Below, piece after piece: positions 48,360 to 58,183 of a DNA stretch of 64,000 nt. Every line of letters begins with the position of its first letter. Within the stretch, counting starts at the first letter, position 1. The notes below the pieces were generated by a model that was not told where the DNA came from, did not search any database, and worked only from the letters and a program-made list of their open reading frames with translations. Origin of the DNA: Bacteriovoracia bacterium (GTDB lineage Bacteria; Bdellovibrionota; UBA1018; JBFWNL01). A program made the position numbers and the translations under genes. The stretch is from NCBI GenBank assembly GCA_050251055.1, contig JBFWNL010000001.1, forward strand, positions 107,825 through 171,824, read 5' to 3'.

Positions 48360-49082
48360 TCAGGATTTTTTTCGCACCGGTTTTCGAAACGCGCCAGCCT
48401 GATATTTCACCCATTCCGCGAACGTCGCGTTGATGTCATTGATTCCGCAGAGACGGCGAATCTGATCCGCCAGCTTTTTTTTCACCGACATCTGAATCAG
48501 GTCCCGCAAATCGCATTTCTTGGCGAGCATCTCCATGAGCGCGGTGGAAGCCATGTAGTGATAGCGGGGGTCTGCACGGAAGGGGTGCACTAGGCTCTCG
48601 ACCGGAATGGCGGGACGACTGGCTAGCCAAACGTAGTCTACGACCGAGTTTTTCGCGACGAAGTTAGCCAGGCCCTCCACGAGCCACGGTGGGATTGCTT
48701 CGGCGTACTTTTGGAAAATGACGACGTGGACGAGTTCGTGGCCGAACGTGCCGTCGAAGTTGGCGTCGGTTACCTGGGGGCCGAGGTGAATCGTCTGCTC
48801 ATTCGCCCGGGTGTAGGCCAGAATCGGATGATTTCCCAACCCATGACCACGCGCGAAAGCGCCGGCGTCGGGCTCCCAGCGCACATTCACGCGGCGGATC
48901 TTCCACTCCAGGAACGATTCTACCTTATCCGTGATTTTTTCGATTCGCCGATCTTTCAGCCAGACGGGCGGGTTCTCCACGACCACGGAGTTGGTTTTGA
49001 TGGGGCCGGCCGGGGCAGCCGTGATGTGCGCAAGGAATCCCAGACCAAGCGCCACGCGTGTTATTTGCTTTAGCAGCGTCAT
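48360..49082 (-). CDS. secreted zincin-like (peptidase MA) protein
   Basis: GHELVH ... PPWLVEGLANF; signal peptide. Confidence 0.75.
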   Translation of the reverse strand: MTLLKQITRVALGLGFLAHITAAPAGPIKTNSVVVENPPVWLKDRRIEKITDKVESFLEWKIRRVNVRWEPDAGAFARGHGLGNHPILAYTRANEQTIHLGPQVTDANFDGTFGHELVHVVIFQKYAEAIPPWLVEGLANFVAKNSVVDYVWLASRPAIPVESLVHPFRADPRYHYMASTALMEMLAKKCDLRDLIQMSVKKKLADQIRRLCGINDINATFAEWVKYQAGAFRKPVRKKS

Positions 49083-49093
49083 GCGCCAAGTGT

Positions 49094-49621
49094 ATGCTAA
49101 GCGGGGTGAACTGGAAACTCTGGGCGCTGGAAATTTTACTTGGGCTGATCCCGCCTTGCTTGGTCCGTCGGCTTCTGCCCTATGATCATGCGCGGATTCG
49201 CGACTCCTTTAATCAGTATGTGCGCCCCCGCATTCAGGATTACTCGCCGGTCTTCTACGAGATTTTTTTTCGCGATTACCCCGAGGTCGTGCCTCTCTTC
49301 GGGAAGAATATGTCCCGCGGAGAGCTCGACACCCGCATCAACCATTTCATGCTGTTTATCGTCGATTACGCCGATCGACCCCGGAAATTCGTGCGGTTTT
49401 TACGGGAGCTTGCCCGGCGCCATCGGGGCTATGGCATTCGCGTGCACCAATTCGAGTACGTCGACGAAACCAACCTCAAGACCCTCCAGGTTTTCATGGG
49501 AGCGGCCTGGACGCCGGAGTTGGCAGCGGAATGGCGGCGGGGATTCAGCTTTGTTTCCCGTCTCATGAAGTGGTTTGAGAGCTTCCCAGAGGCCATAAAT
49601 ACGAGCAAAAACCGGAAGTAA
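49094..49621 (+). CDS. single-domain globin
   Basis: FYEIFFRDYPEVVPLF, LARRHRGYGI (His F8), WTPELAAEW; start uncertain (49094 or 49106). Confidence 0.85.
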   Translation: MLSGVNWKLWALEILLGLIPPCLVRRLLPYDHARIRDSFNQYVRPRIQDYSPVFYEIFFRDYPEVVPLFGKNMSRGELDTRINHFMLFIVDYADRPRKFVRFLRELARRHRGYGIRVHQFEYVDETNLKTLQVFMGAAWTPELAAEWRRGFSFVSRLMKWFESFPEAINTSKNRK

Positions 49622-49713
49622 ACGCCCGTGGACAGATAGTGGACATTTAAGTCGCCCACGGTGGAGCCGCTCACTTAAGCTTGGCATCATCTTAGGTATG
49701 GAGGCGACCCTGT

Positions 49714-49974
49714 ATGCAAACCGCTGCGATGCCTAATTTGATTCCGACGCCGAGCCAACCCCGACCGCTTTCGGTGCAGGGGCGGATTTTGGCCCGCCTG
49801 ACCCAAGGCCCGGCGACCGTCGAGCAAGTGATTGAATATGTCTGGGGAAATGTAGCACCCGGCGGGCGCCACCCCTCTTACGTCAATCGCTTGCACGTGA
49901 ACGTACACTTTTTGCGAAAACGAAGGGGATTTCCGATCCAGTTTGACGGCGAAAAATTCCATCTTCCAGTTTAG
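49714..49974 (+). CDS. small winged-helix DNA-binding protein
   Basis: GGAGG RBS; ILARL...ATVEQVIEYVWG...NRLHVNVHFLRK resembles the OmpR C-terminal domain. Confidence 0.65.
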   Translation: MQTAAMPNLIPTPSQPRPLSVQGRILARLTQGPATVEQVIEYVWGNVAPGGRHPSYVNRLHVNVHFLRKRRGFPIQFDGEKFHLPV

Positions 49975-50036
49975 AAATGCGCGCGTAATTTTTTTCCGTC
50001 GTTTGTTTTTGCGCCGAGATAAGCGATGATCGCCCC

Positions 50037-51101
50037 ATGGCGGAGTTTTGGCGTTGGGTTGGGGTGGGGTTGCTCCTGACCAGCGGATGCACGGCGAAGT
50101 TCCAGTTTCCCGTTCGAGCGGTCTACTATTTGTTCGTGGGCTGTGAGGTGGGCGATCGCTTGGAAGTTTATTCGGTGAATCGCGACACGGGCGCGCTGAC
50201 GCTTGCGAGTTCGGTGTCCGGAGTCAAAGCGACCGGCATAGCCGTAGATTCCTCGCGCAAGGAGGTCTACGTCGCGGACGGGAACACGAACAATGTAAAT
50301 ATATACGACTTCGACGTGTTTACGGGCGCGCTGACGTCGAAGCTCAGCCTGGACGGGGCCGCCGGGCCGAAGTCCTTGTTGCTGGATGTCGAGCGGGCTC
50401 GACTTTTCGTGTTGAGTGATACCTCCGAGCGGCTCTCTTCTTTTCTCCGTGCCGGGGACAATTGGAATTTAGTTTCTTCCACGGCGGTCACGAACAACGA
50501 GCCCTCGCTGGCGCTTTCACCCGACGGGTACACCCTGGTGGCCTCCACGGGGGTTGGCCTCGCCAGCCTGCATGTGGACCATGATGGCAGCTTCGGGACG
50601 GTTCAAACCCAAACGATTGCTTCGGGATCAAGAAGCGTGGTCGTCCATCCTTCCGGGCGTTGGGCTTACCTTGCGTTGCATATCTCAAGCTTGGTGAAAG
50701 TCTATGAGATCAGCACGGACGGAAGCGGAACGTTGATCGATACGGGAGCGAGCGTGTCCGTGAGCAATCCGTTGCAGATGATCTTAGACGAAACCGCGCG
50801 GTACCTTTTAGTTTCGAGCCTCACCGGGCAAACCGTTCATCGGTTTGTTGTTGATGGGGATTCTGGTGGCCTGACGGCGGTCGGAAGTGCCGTTGCCGCC
50901 GGTGCGCCCCAGTACACAATCGCGGGGCTCGCGGGGTTTCCCTTCTTTTTCACGACGGGAAGGTCCATTTCAGCTATCCAGGCCTTCAGCTCGTTCGGCG
51001 ACGTCATGAATATGAGTTCCCAGGGATCGACGACTACCGCCGCGGCGGGCCCCGAAGCCATGGTGTTACGCCGTTTTGTTATACCCGTGACCGGCGATTG
51101 A
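50037..51101 (+). CDS. lactonase-family beta-propeller lipoprotein
   Basis: TSGC lipobox; repeated blades (DTGALT, LALSPDG, VVHPSGRWAY). Confidence 0.82.
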   Translation: MAEFWRWVGVGLLLTSGCTAKFQFPVRAVYYLFVGCEVGDRLEVYSVNRDTGALTLASSVSGVKATGIAVDSSRKEVYVADGNTNNVNIYDFDVFTGALTSKLSLDGAAGPKSLLLDVERARLFVLSDTSERLSSFLRAGDNWNLVSSTAVTNNEPSLALSPDGYTLVASTGVGLASLHVDHDGSFGTVQTQTIASGSRSVVVHPSGRWAYLALHISSLVKVYEISTDGSGTLIDTGASVSVSNPLQMILDETARYLLVSSLTGQTVHRFVVDGDSGGLTAVGSAVAAGAPQYTIAGLAGFPFFFTTGRSISAIQAFSSFGDVMNMSSQGSTTTAAAGPEAMVLRRFVIPVTGD

Positions 51102-51116
51102 ATCCTTGAGTTCTTA

Positions 51117-52586
51117 CTAAGCCGCCGCCGGACGGCGCATGACCACCGCGGAACGACTCATCAGCGCGACGTATACGGCGCCCGACACCAAGAAGCCAAT
51201 AAACCAGGCGTAGTGGTAGAGGCCGGCGAGTGATCCCAGCGCGCTTTCGCGCTCGAGCGCACCGGTTTCCACCAAAAAGCCCGGGACGTTCGGCAGCACG
51301 CCGACAATGAGCGCCCACACTGCCTTTAGGTTGAAACCATTTCCATACCAATAGGGGCCACTGGGCGTGTAGAGGGCGCGGGCGTCGAGTTGTTTACGGC
51401 GAATAAAGAAGTAGTCGGCGATCATGATGCCGCCCACGGGACCCAGCAGGCTGGAATAAGCGATGAGCCATTTGAAGATGTAGCCTTGCGGATCGGCGAT
51501 GAGTTTCCAAGGGAAAATCAAAATGCCGATCACGCCGGTGATGTAACCCCCCATGCGAAAATCGATCTTTTCGGGCTTGAGGTTCGAGAAGTCGTTGGCG
51601 GGACTGACGATATTCGCCGCGATGTTCGTCGCCAGCGTCGAGATCGCTACCGCGATCATGGCCGCCGTTACGAGCAGCTTCGATTCCAGCATGCCCGCTA
51701 AGGCGACGGGATCCCAAATCGTTTTGCCGAAAACGATCGTCGTCGCGCTCGTGACGGCGACGCCGACGAAAGCGAACATCGTCATGGATGGCGGCAGGCC
51801 GATGGCTTGCCCGAGGACCTGTGCCCGCTGCGAGCGCGCGTAGCGCGTGAAGTCCGGGATGTTGAGCGATAGCGTCGCCCAGAATCCTACCATGCCAGTG
51901 AGAGCCGGGAAGAAATACGCCCAGAACTGCTCAGAGTTAGTGAACTTCGAGGGTTGGGCTAAAATCGGTCCGAGACCATGGCTCGCCGAGATCGCCCACA
52001 TGAGAAGCGCTAGCGCCGCCAACGGGAGGAAGATCGCCTTGAAAACGAGAAGCTTACGGATGCTCTCCACGCCCAGGTAAACGACCCACATGTTCAGCGC
52101 CCAGAACGCGAGGAAGGTGATGGCCGGGACGGTTTCCAGTCCCCAGGACTCCGGGAAGATGCGCGGCATTTCCGCTAAACCCGGGAACCAAACTTTGAGC
52201 ATCTGATAGAGGGCGAAGCCGCCAATCCAGGTTTGGATGCCGAACCACCCGCAGGCCACGATCGCGCGCAGAATCGCGGGGATATTCGCGCCGCGGATGC
52301 CGAAGCTCGAGCGGGCGAGCACCGGGAACGGAATGCCGTACTTCGCGCCGGCATGTCCGTTGAGCACCATCGGTACGAGCACGATGAGGTTGCCCAGGAA
52401 GATCGTGAAGATCGCCTGTTTCCAGTCCATGCCGCCGTCGATGAGGGAGCTTGCGAGCATGTAGGTGGGGATACAAAGGCTCATGCTGATCCAGAGCGCC
52501 GCGAAATTCCACGTCCCCCAGGTGCGTTGGGTGGCCGGAATGGCCGCGAGATCTTCGTTAGTATAAGAGTTGGAGTTTTTTGCCAT
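51117..52586 (-). CDS. NCS1 nucleobase:cation symporter (allantoin/uracil type)
   Basis: GAKYGIPFPV..RSSFG, ACGWFGIQTW, WATLSLNIPDFTRY, NIAAN.VSPANDF; AGGAGG RBS. Confidence 0.95.
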   Translation of the reverse strand: MAKNSNSYTNEDLAAIPATQRTWGTWNFAALWISMSLCIPTYMLASSLIDGGMDWKQAIFTIFLGNLIVLVPMVLNGHAGAKYGIPFPVLARSSFGIRGANIPAILRAIVACGWFGIQTWIGGFALYQMLKVWFPGLAEMPRIFPESWGLETVPAITFLAFWALNMWVVYLGVESIRKLLVFKAIFLPLAALALLMWAISASHGLGPILAQPSKFTNSEQFWAYFFPALTGMVGFWATLSLNIPDFTRYARSQRAQVLGQAIGLPPSMTMFAFVGVAVTSATTIVFGKTIWDPVALAGMLESKLLVTAAMIAVAISTLATNIAANIVSPANDFSNLKPEKIDFRMGGYITGVIGILIFPWKLIADPQGYIFKWLIAYSSLLGPVGGIMIADYFFIRRKQLDARALYTPSGPYWYGNGFNLKAVWALIVGVLPNVPGFLVETGALERESALGSLAGLYHYAWFIGFLVSGAVYVALMSRSAVVMRRPAAA

Positions 52587-52753
52587 GGCTCCTCCTTTAA
52601 AGGGGAGTCCGGGCGAAGACAAGTGCGGTGGTTAGGATCTCGTTAGGGGGCTTTAGGCTTGAGTTAACCTGCTTAAATGATTGTCTTTTTATTATAACGC
52701 ATTGCGTGATTTTTGCGTTGCCTCGTGTCTTAGGGATCGGTAAAACCTCCAGC

Positions 52754-53152
52754 ATGAAAATGAAAATCTCGTTGGTTTTGGTACTGGCTCATCTGGCGGT
52801 AGGCGTGACGATGGCGCCGGCGGCAGAAACGCGCACGGCGACGCCCGAGGAACTCGCGCTGCTGACGGCAAATCCCTATTTCAAGGCGATCATCCAAACG
52901 ATCGAAGCGAACGAAAAGTCCCGCATCGAGGAAGGCGCCGACGCGCCGCTGGCGAAGTGTCAGAAAGCCGAAACTCGCTTGCTGCAGCTCAAGGCGCCCT
53001 ATGCGCACGCCCCGAATTATTTTGAGTTCACCTATGGAGCGGTTTGTACCATGAAGGCACGCGAATACATCGTGCTGAAAGTACAGGGAACGCTCTCTTC
53101 CGGGCAGCTGAATTTTCGCGGTTTGGAAGTCTCCTACGACGACGCTGGCTAA
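52754..53152 (+). CDS. secreted hypothetical protein
   Basis: MKMK + hydrophobic signal peptide; promoter-like TTGCCT-N17-TAAAAC upstream. Confidence 0.7.
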   Translation: MKMKISLVLVLAHLAVGVTMAPAAETRTATPEELALLTANPYFKAIIQTIEANEKSRIEEGADAPLAKCQKAETRLLQLKAPYAHAPNYFEFTYGAVCTMKAREYIVLKVQGTLSSGQLNFRGLEVSYDDAG

Positions 53153-53157
53153 GCGGC

Positions 53158-53958
53158 TCAGCGCGGATCGCTTTTGATTTTGCGACAGAGTTCGAGGGCG
53201 CCCTTCATCACGGCCGGAGGAATGTCCTTCTTGAAGTCGGCCTTAGCGAACTCGCTTGAGCTGAACGTCGAAATGATCCCCAGTAATAGCTGGGGTTCTT
53301 TGAAAATAACGACCTTATTGACGGGTTCACCTGACGTGGCTTCGACCAAATCCCCTTGAATCGCCTTGCGGGCGCGCTTGTTTTTCGCGTGTGGGGTATA
53401 AGTGAGCGTCGCTTCGTAGGCGCCTCGTTCGGTCGGCCCCACCTGCAAGTAGATGGTGTCGCCGTCTTTGCGGAACTCATGCGCGATCGCTAATCGCCGG
53501 CTATTGCGCCCGATCATGGCGTCGACGTATGCGAGCACGTCGTCTTGGTCTTCTACGTGGGTCGTGAGCGTCCAGTCGTCGCCTTTTTGAAAGGTATAGC
53601 CGATTTGATTCAAGGAACCGACGAGGCTATCTCGTTCGCGCGAATAGGAGTTTCGCGAGGAGAGGACATCGTACTGCACTTTCACGGGAATCCGGTGCTC
53701 CGGATCCAGGAGATAGCGGGAGATTTGATCTCCTTCACAGCCGCCGAGGTGCGGATTTTTCAAATACTCACGAAGGTTCGCTTCGAGATCGCCGAAAGAG
53801 AGGTTCACCCGGTAAAGATCGCCGAAGAAGAAGACGTTGCGCACCCAAGACCCGCTGAATGTCCATGTCGGCTCGGACCCTTGCCCGAGCGCGGAAGTAC
53901 TGAGAAGCGACAGTCCTAGGAGGAGGCCCAAATTTACCCGCATAACGCGGTTTGTCAT
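53158..53958 (-). CDS. secreted hypothetical protein
   Basis: Signal peptide ending SALG; no recognisable motif. Confidence 0.7.
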   Translation of the reverse strand: MTNRVMRVNLGLLLGLSLLSTSALGQGSEPTWTFSGSWVRNVFFFGDLYRVNLSFGDLEANLREYLKNPHLGGCEGDQISRYLLDPEHRIPVKVQYDVLSSRNSYSRERDSLVGSLNQIGYTFQKGDDWTLTTHVEDQDDVLAYVDAMIGRNSRRLAIAHEFRKDGDTIYLQVGPTERGAYEATLTYTPHAKNKRARKAIQGDLVEATSGEPVNKVVIFKEPQLLLGIISTFSSSEFAKADFKKDIPPAVMKGALELCRKIKSDPR

Positions 53959-54199
53959 ATCTGATTTCTCTGGTTTGGGGAAGGCGAGAGTGACTTATAA
54001 AAAAGGGCTTCGTGGATTATTTTAAGTAATTGTAACCAAAGTGTTTTTTTTTGCTCACGGGCGGGATTGCAGGCGAGGGGATTACAATGTGCCCGAAAAG
54101 GTTGCCGCACGAAAACATTGGATTTCGCGAAGCGTGCGGGAGGCGGTGTCGTAGACGATCACCCCCTGCCGAGTAGGTCGCTCTGTTGGAGAAGAAGTC

Positions 54200-54289
54200 T
54201 GGTGCCGAGGGCCGGAATTGAACCGGCACGAGTCTTTTGGACTCCCAGGATTTTAAGTCCTGTGCGTCTACCAATTTCGCCACCCCGGC
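54200..54289 (-). tRNA. tRNA-Leu(TAA)
   Basis: GCCGGGG/CCTCGGC acceptor; anticodon arm CAGGA-CTTAAAA-TCCTG; long variable arm; encoded CCA. Confidence 0.97.
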
Positions 54290-54389
54290 ACGGAATGATT
54301 TCGGAGAGTGTTCTCACTTTATCCTTGGCGCTGGGCGGAAGTCTAGCGGGAAGCGGCTTCCGCGGGCCCGAATCCGCCCGGCGTGGATG

Positions 54390-54740
54390 CTAGTTTTGTG
54401 GCACGGGTGAGATGGGATACAGGTGCCCTGATCCCGGGACGGCCACGCAGTTCGCCTTAGCCCATACAAATATTTCGATGGCTTCGTCATGTCGTTGGTA
54501 ACATCTGCCGCGACACTCCAGATTGATGTTACCGCCGGGAGTCGAGTAGTCGTCACAGACGTGCACACAATCAAGCAACCGTATGAATGCGTTGTCTATG
54601 GCCTGTTGTACGAGATCAGGATCATAAATGCAGTCCCCGATTCCCGGGGAAGGTGGAGGGGGCGAGCTTTCGCTCGCCTGTAGCGAAACGGTGACTAGGC
54701 TAACGACGACTAGGAATGCGGAAACTGCTAATTTGTGCAT
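54390..54740 (-). CDS. small secreted Cys-rich protein
   Basis: AGGAG RBS; signal peptide; six Cys including two CxxxC. Confidence 0.7.
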   Translation of the reverse strand: MHKLAVSAFLVVVSLVTVSLQASESSPPPPSPGIGDCIYDPDLVQQAIDNAFIRLLDCVHVCDDYSTPGGNINLECRGRCYQRHDEAIEIFVWAKANCVAVPGSGHLYPISPVPQN

Positions 54741-54842
54741 CTGGGATCTCCTTTTTTTTAGAGTAGCAGGTAGGTCGGAGAACGCGAGCAGAGGCCACGC
54801 ACGTGGAGCAAAGATGTTTTCGGGGTGTTTTCCTGGGGAGGG

Positions 54843-55721
54843 TCAGTTTCGCGACATGTGCTTTTGCACGACGGGCGCGAGGCGCTCCACGGCGGAATCC
54901 TTATTGAGAGCATAAAGGTGGATACCGTCCACGCCCTCGCGTGCCAGTTCCTCGATCTGATGGGCAGCATGGTCGAGGCCGAATTTTTCTTGATCCGCGT
55001 CCGACTTCCCGTAAAGGCCCTTCATGACCTTCGCGGGAATGGTGCAGCCGCACATGAGGGAGAATTTCGTCACCTGGCTGTAGTTGGAGATGGGGAGGAT
55101 GCCCGCGAGTAGCGGCGCGCGGATGCGGCGGCGCACGAGCTGATCGCGGAAGCGCAGGAAGTAGGTGTTATCGAGGAAGAACTGCGAGGCGATGAAATGC
55201 GCGCCTAAGTCGAGCTTCATGCGCAGATAATCCCAGTCCTGTTCCACGCTCGCCGCTTCGATGTGGCCCTCGGGGTAGCCCGCGCAGCCGATGCAGAAGT
55301 CGAACTCCTTCGCCGCGAGCGCGATGAGATCCGTCGCGTTTTGAAAGTCGGGAGAGGTGGTGGTGGCCGCGCCCGCGGCGGGCGGATCCCCGCGCAGCGC
55401 CATGAGGTTTTTTACGCCGGCCGCCCGCAGAGTTTTTAAAATGTCGCGAATCTCGGCCATTGTGTGATTGCGGGACGTGAGATGGGCCATGGCCGGGATT
55501 TTCGTATCGGTTTGCACGAACGAGCAAAGGCTGCGTGTCCGCTCTGGCATGCGATCGGCCATGCCCCCCGCCCCGTAAGTGACCGAAATAAAATCTGGAT
55601 TGTAGCGCGCGAACGAGCGCAGGCGCTCGTGTAGGGTCTTCACGCCGGCTTCAGTTTTAGGGGGGTAGATCTCGATCGAGAAGCTGCGTCCGCTCTTTAG
55701 GATTTCCGAGATGGGTTTCAT
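54843..55721 (-). CDS. metF: 5,10-methylenetetrahydrofolate reductase
   Basis: SIEIYPPK, FISVTYGAGG, AHLT, ALRGDPP, AGYPEGH, SQFF, GIHLYALN. Confidence 0.95.
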   Translation of the reverse strand: MKPISEILKSGRSFSIEIYPPKTEAGVKTLHERLRSFARYNPDFISVTYGAGGMADRMPERTRSLCSFVQTDTKIPAMAHLTSRNHTMAEIRDILKTLRAAGVKNLMALRGDPPAAGAATTTSPDFQNATDLIALAAKEFDFCIGCAGYPEGHIEAASVEQDWDYLRMKLDLGAHFIASQFFLDNTYFLRFRDQLVRRRIRAPLLAGILPISNYSQVTKFSLMCGCTIPAKVMKGLYGKSDADQEKFGLDHAAHQIEELAREGVDGIHLYALNKDSAVERLAPVVQKHMSRN

Positions 55722-57043
55722 TTGAAAGTCACCAGATGGTAGTTCTTCTTGCCTTTGCGGAGGACCACGAACTTGCCGGCGATGGTCATCGTGCTGGCCA
55801 CCACGGCGGCCGGATCATTCACTCGCGCGTTGTTGACGTAAATACCGCCCGCGAGGAGGTCTTTCTTGGCCGCGCCCTTGGAAGCGCAGAGTTTGGTGTC
55901 GACTAGTAAATCCACCAACGTCTTTTGGCCGAGTTCAGTGCGCGGAAGCGTGGTGGAGGGGGCCTCACCGAGTACGCTCAGGAGGCCCGCTTCATCCAGG
56001 TCCTTGATCTCTTCGCTGAAGAGCGCCTTGGACGCCACTTCGGCCTTGCGCACTTCTTCCGCCCCGTGAACGATTGCCGTCAATGCCTGGGCGAGCCGGT
56101 TCTGGGCCTGCCGCTTTTCGGGCTCCGACTTGAGCGATGCTTCGAGCGAGTCGAGTTCCGCCTTGCCCAGGAAGGTGAAATATTTCAGGAGCTGCATTAC
56201 GTCCGCGTCCGGGGTCTGCAGGAGAAACTGGTAAAATCGGTAAGGCGAGGTTTTCGCCGGATCGAGCCAGACCGCGCCCGATTCCGTCTTGCCGAACTTG
56301 GTGCCGTCGGACTTTGTGATGAGGGGGAAGGTGAGGCCGTACACCTCGGGATGCTTTCCAGCCCGCGCGCCCGCTTCGTCCGAGGCCGCGTGCATGCGGC
56401 GGATAAGCTCGCAGCCGGCGGTGATATTGCCCCACTGATCAGAGCCGCCGATTTGCAGGCGGCAGCCTTCCTCCCGGTTCAGGTAGTAAAAGTCGTACGC
56501 CTGCAGCAGCATGTAAGAAAACTCGGTGTACGAGATGCCGTGTTCCCGATCTTCGAGGCGCCCGCGCACGGATTCCTTCGTGAGCATGTGGTTAATCGTG
56601 AAGTGTTTGCCTACGTCGCGCAGGAAGTCGAGGTAGCTGAACCGCTGGCGCTTGCCATCGAACCATTCGGCGTTGTCCACGACGAGCGCCGGGTTGGGGC
56701 CATCAAGCTTAAGAATCGTGCGGATGGCCGCCGTGATCCCACGTAAATTGTGCGCCAGGGCGTCCTTCGTGAGCAGCGAGCGTTCGGCCGCCTTGAAACT
56801 CGGATCGCCGATCAGACCGGTAGCTCCACCTACGACGGCGATCACCCGGTGACCGGCGTCTTGAAAGCGGCGAAGCGTGAAAAGGGGGAGCAGGTGCCCG
56901 ATGTGCAGACTGTCGGCCGTGGGGTCAAATCCCGCGTAAACGGTAATTTTCTCGCGGGCCAGAACGCCACCTAGCTTCGGGTCGGTGGACTGCTTAATGA
57001 TGCCGCGCATTTCGAGGTCGGCAAACAAGCCAGGCTGGCTCAT
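55718..57043 (-). CDS. tyrS: tyrosine--tRNA ligase
   Basis: YAGFDPTADSLHIGH, EFSYMLLQAYDF, QIGGSDQWGN, KFGKT, C-terminal S4-like domain. Confidence 0.98.
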   Translation of the reverse strand: MSQPGLFADLEMRGIIKQSTDPKLGGVLAREKITVYAGFDPTADSLHIGHLLPLFTLRRFQDAGHRVIAVVGGATGLIGDPSFKAAERSLLTKDALAHNLRGITAAIRTILKLDGPNPALVVDNAEWFDGKRQRFSYLDFLRDVGKHFTINHMLTKESVRGRLEDREHGISYTEFSYMLLQAYDFYYLNREEGCRLQIGGSDQWGNITAGCELIRRMHAASDEAGARAGKHPEVYGLTFPLITKSDGTKFGKTESGAVWLDPAKTSPYRFYQFLLQTPDADVMQLLKYFTFLGKAELDSLEASLKSEPEKRQAQNRLAQALTAIVHGAEEVRKAEVASKALFSEEIKDLDEAGLLSVLGEAPSTTLPRTELGQKTLVDLLVDTKLCASKGAAKKDLLAGGIYVNNARVNDPAAVVASTMTIAGKFVVLRKGKKNYHLVTFK

Positions 57044-58182
57044 GCGACGGTGATCTCCTTCATGGAAATTTCCAGGAGGCTACGCAAGATGGACTCCGCA
57101 GCGGTCGTTCGGTGCATCGCTAGTCCGCAAGCGGGGGTATAAATCGCGTCTTTGAGCAGACGGGCGGCGAGCGCTTTCGGAAGTTTCTGGGTGAGGCGCG
57201 TGCGAAAAGCGAGGAGGCTCGCGTGCAGCTGTTCGGCGTGCATTTCCACCCCGGACTCGGTGGTATCGGCGGCGGGAAGATTGGTCGAGATCAGCCCCAG
57301 CGCCATGCGTCCGCCCTTATGAATGAAGGCCTCGAGCGCGTCGGGCGCTTCGAATAAAAGCTCCATGGAGAGCCCCGTGTCGAGCGAAACCACGTCTAGA
57401 CCCAGGCCCAGAATCGCGCGCCAATCGGTGTTGCTGCAGCAGTGCAAACCGATCAAAGCTTGCTCCTTCTTCAATGTTTGAATCGTGAGCTTCAGCTCCT
57501 GCAGTCCCAAGATGTGGCGGGGGTTCTCGGCGCTCAGCACGGATAGCCCAGGCTCGTCGAGCACCATGAGCGGCGTCACGCCTTCGGCCCGTAGTCGGCG
57601 GATCATGGCGATGCTTTTAGCGAGAACGAGGCGAAAAATCTGGCTCGTGACTTCGGGATTCGTTTCAGCCGCATTCCCGTCGTTGAGTTTCAGCGACCAT
57701 TGGCAGGTGAGGGGACCCGCGATCTGAATCTTAGCGAACTTGATTTTGCGCTCGCCGAGCTCATAGAGAAAGGGCTTCCACGCGCTGTAAGCAGAAGCAT
57801 TGGGTTCGAACGCTTCGAATGCCTGGGGACTTGCTCCGGCGGCAAATGCTTCCGTGAGCTTTTTCTCCAGCAAGTGGGTTTGGCTTGACCACGCGTTGAG
57901 GTTCAAACTCGCCAGGCCCTTTTCAAGTTGCTGAAGGCCGGGCATCCCGTCGAGGGCCTGGAAGATCATGTACTCGTTCGGGTTGCGAATGGGGATTTGC
58001 GGCAAGAAGGGGATGCTGGGTTTCAGCGCGTACTCCAGGGCCGCGTCCACGTTATGGTGGGGCAGGCTCCCAATCCCGGTCGTAAGTATGCCCGCCGGCG
58101 CCTGCGACCAGTGGTTCGTTTTGCCGCCCTTGGCGACGCCGGGAATTCCGGTAGGGTCCATCGAAGTGGCGGACGCGGACAT
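57040..58182 (-). CDS. single-barrel cobalamin-independent methionine synthase-like (MetE core) protein
   Basis: TTGIGSLPH, PFLPQIP, KIQIAGPLT, LDEP, GLHCC, TPACGL (putative Zn ligands). Confidence 0.75.
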   Translation of the reverse strand: MSASATSMDPTGIPGVAKGGKTNHWSQAPAGILTTGIGSLPHHNVDAALEYALKPSIPFLPQIPIRNPNEYMIFQALDGMPGLQQLEKGLASLNLNAWSSQTHLLEKKLTEAFAAGASPQAFEAFEPNASAYSAWKPFLYELGERKIKFAKIQIAGPLTCQWSLKLNDGNAAETNPEVTSQIFRLVLAKSIAMIRRLRAEGVTPLMVLDEPGLSVLSAENPRHILGLQELKLTIQTLKKEQALIGLHCCSNTDWRAILGLGLDVVSLDTGLSMELLFEAPDALEAFIHKGGRMALGLISTNLPAADTTESGVEMHAEQLHASLLAFRTRLTQKLPKALAARLLKDAIYTPACGLAMHRTTAAESILRSLLEISMKEITVA

Positions 58183-58183
58183 C

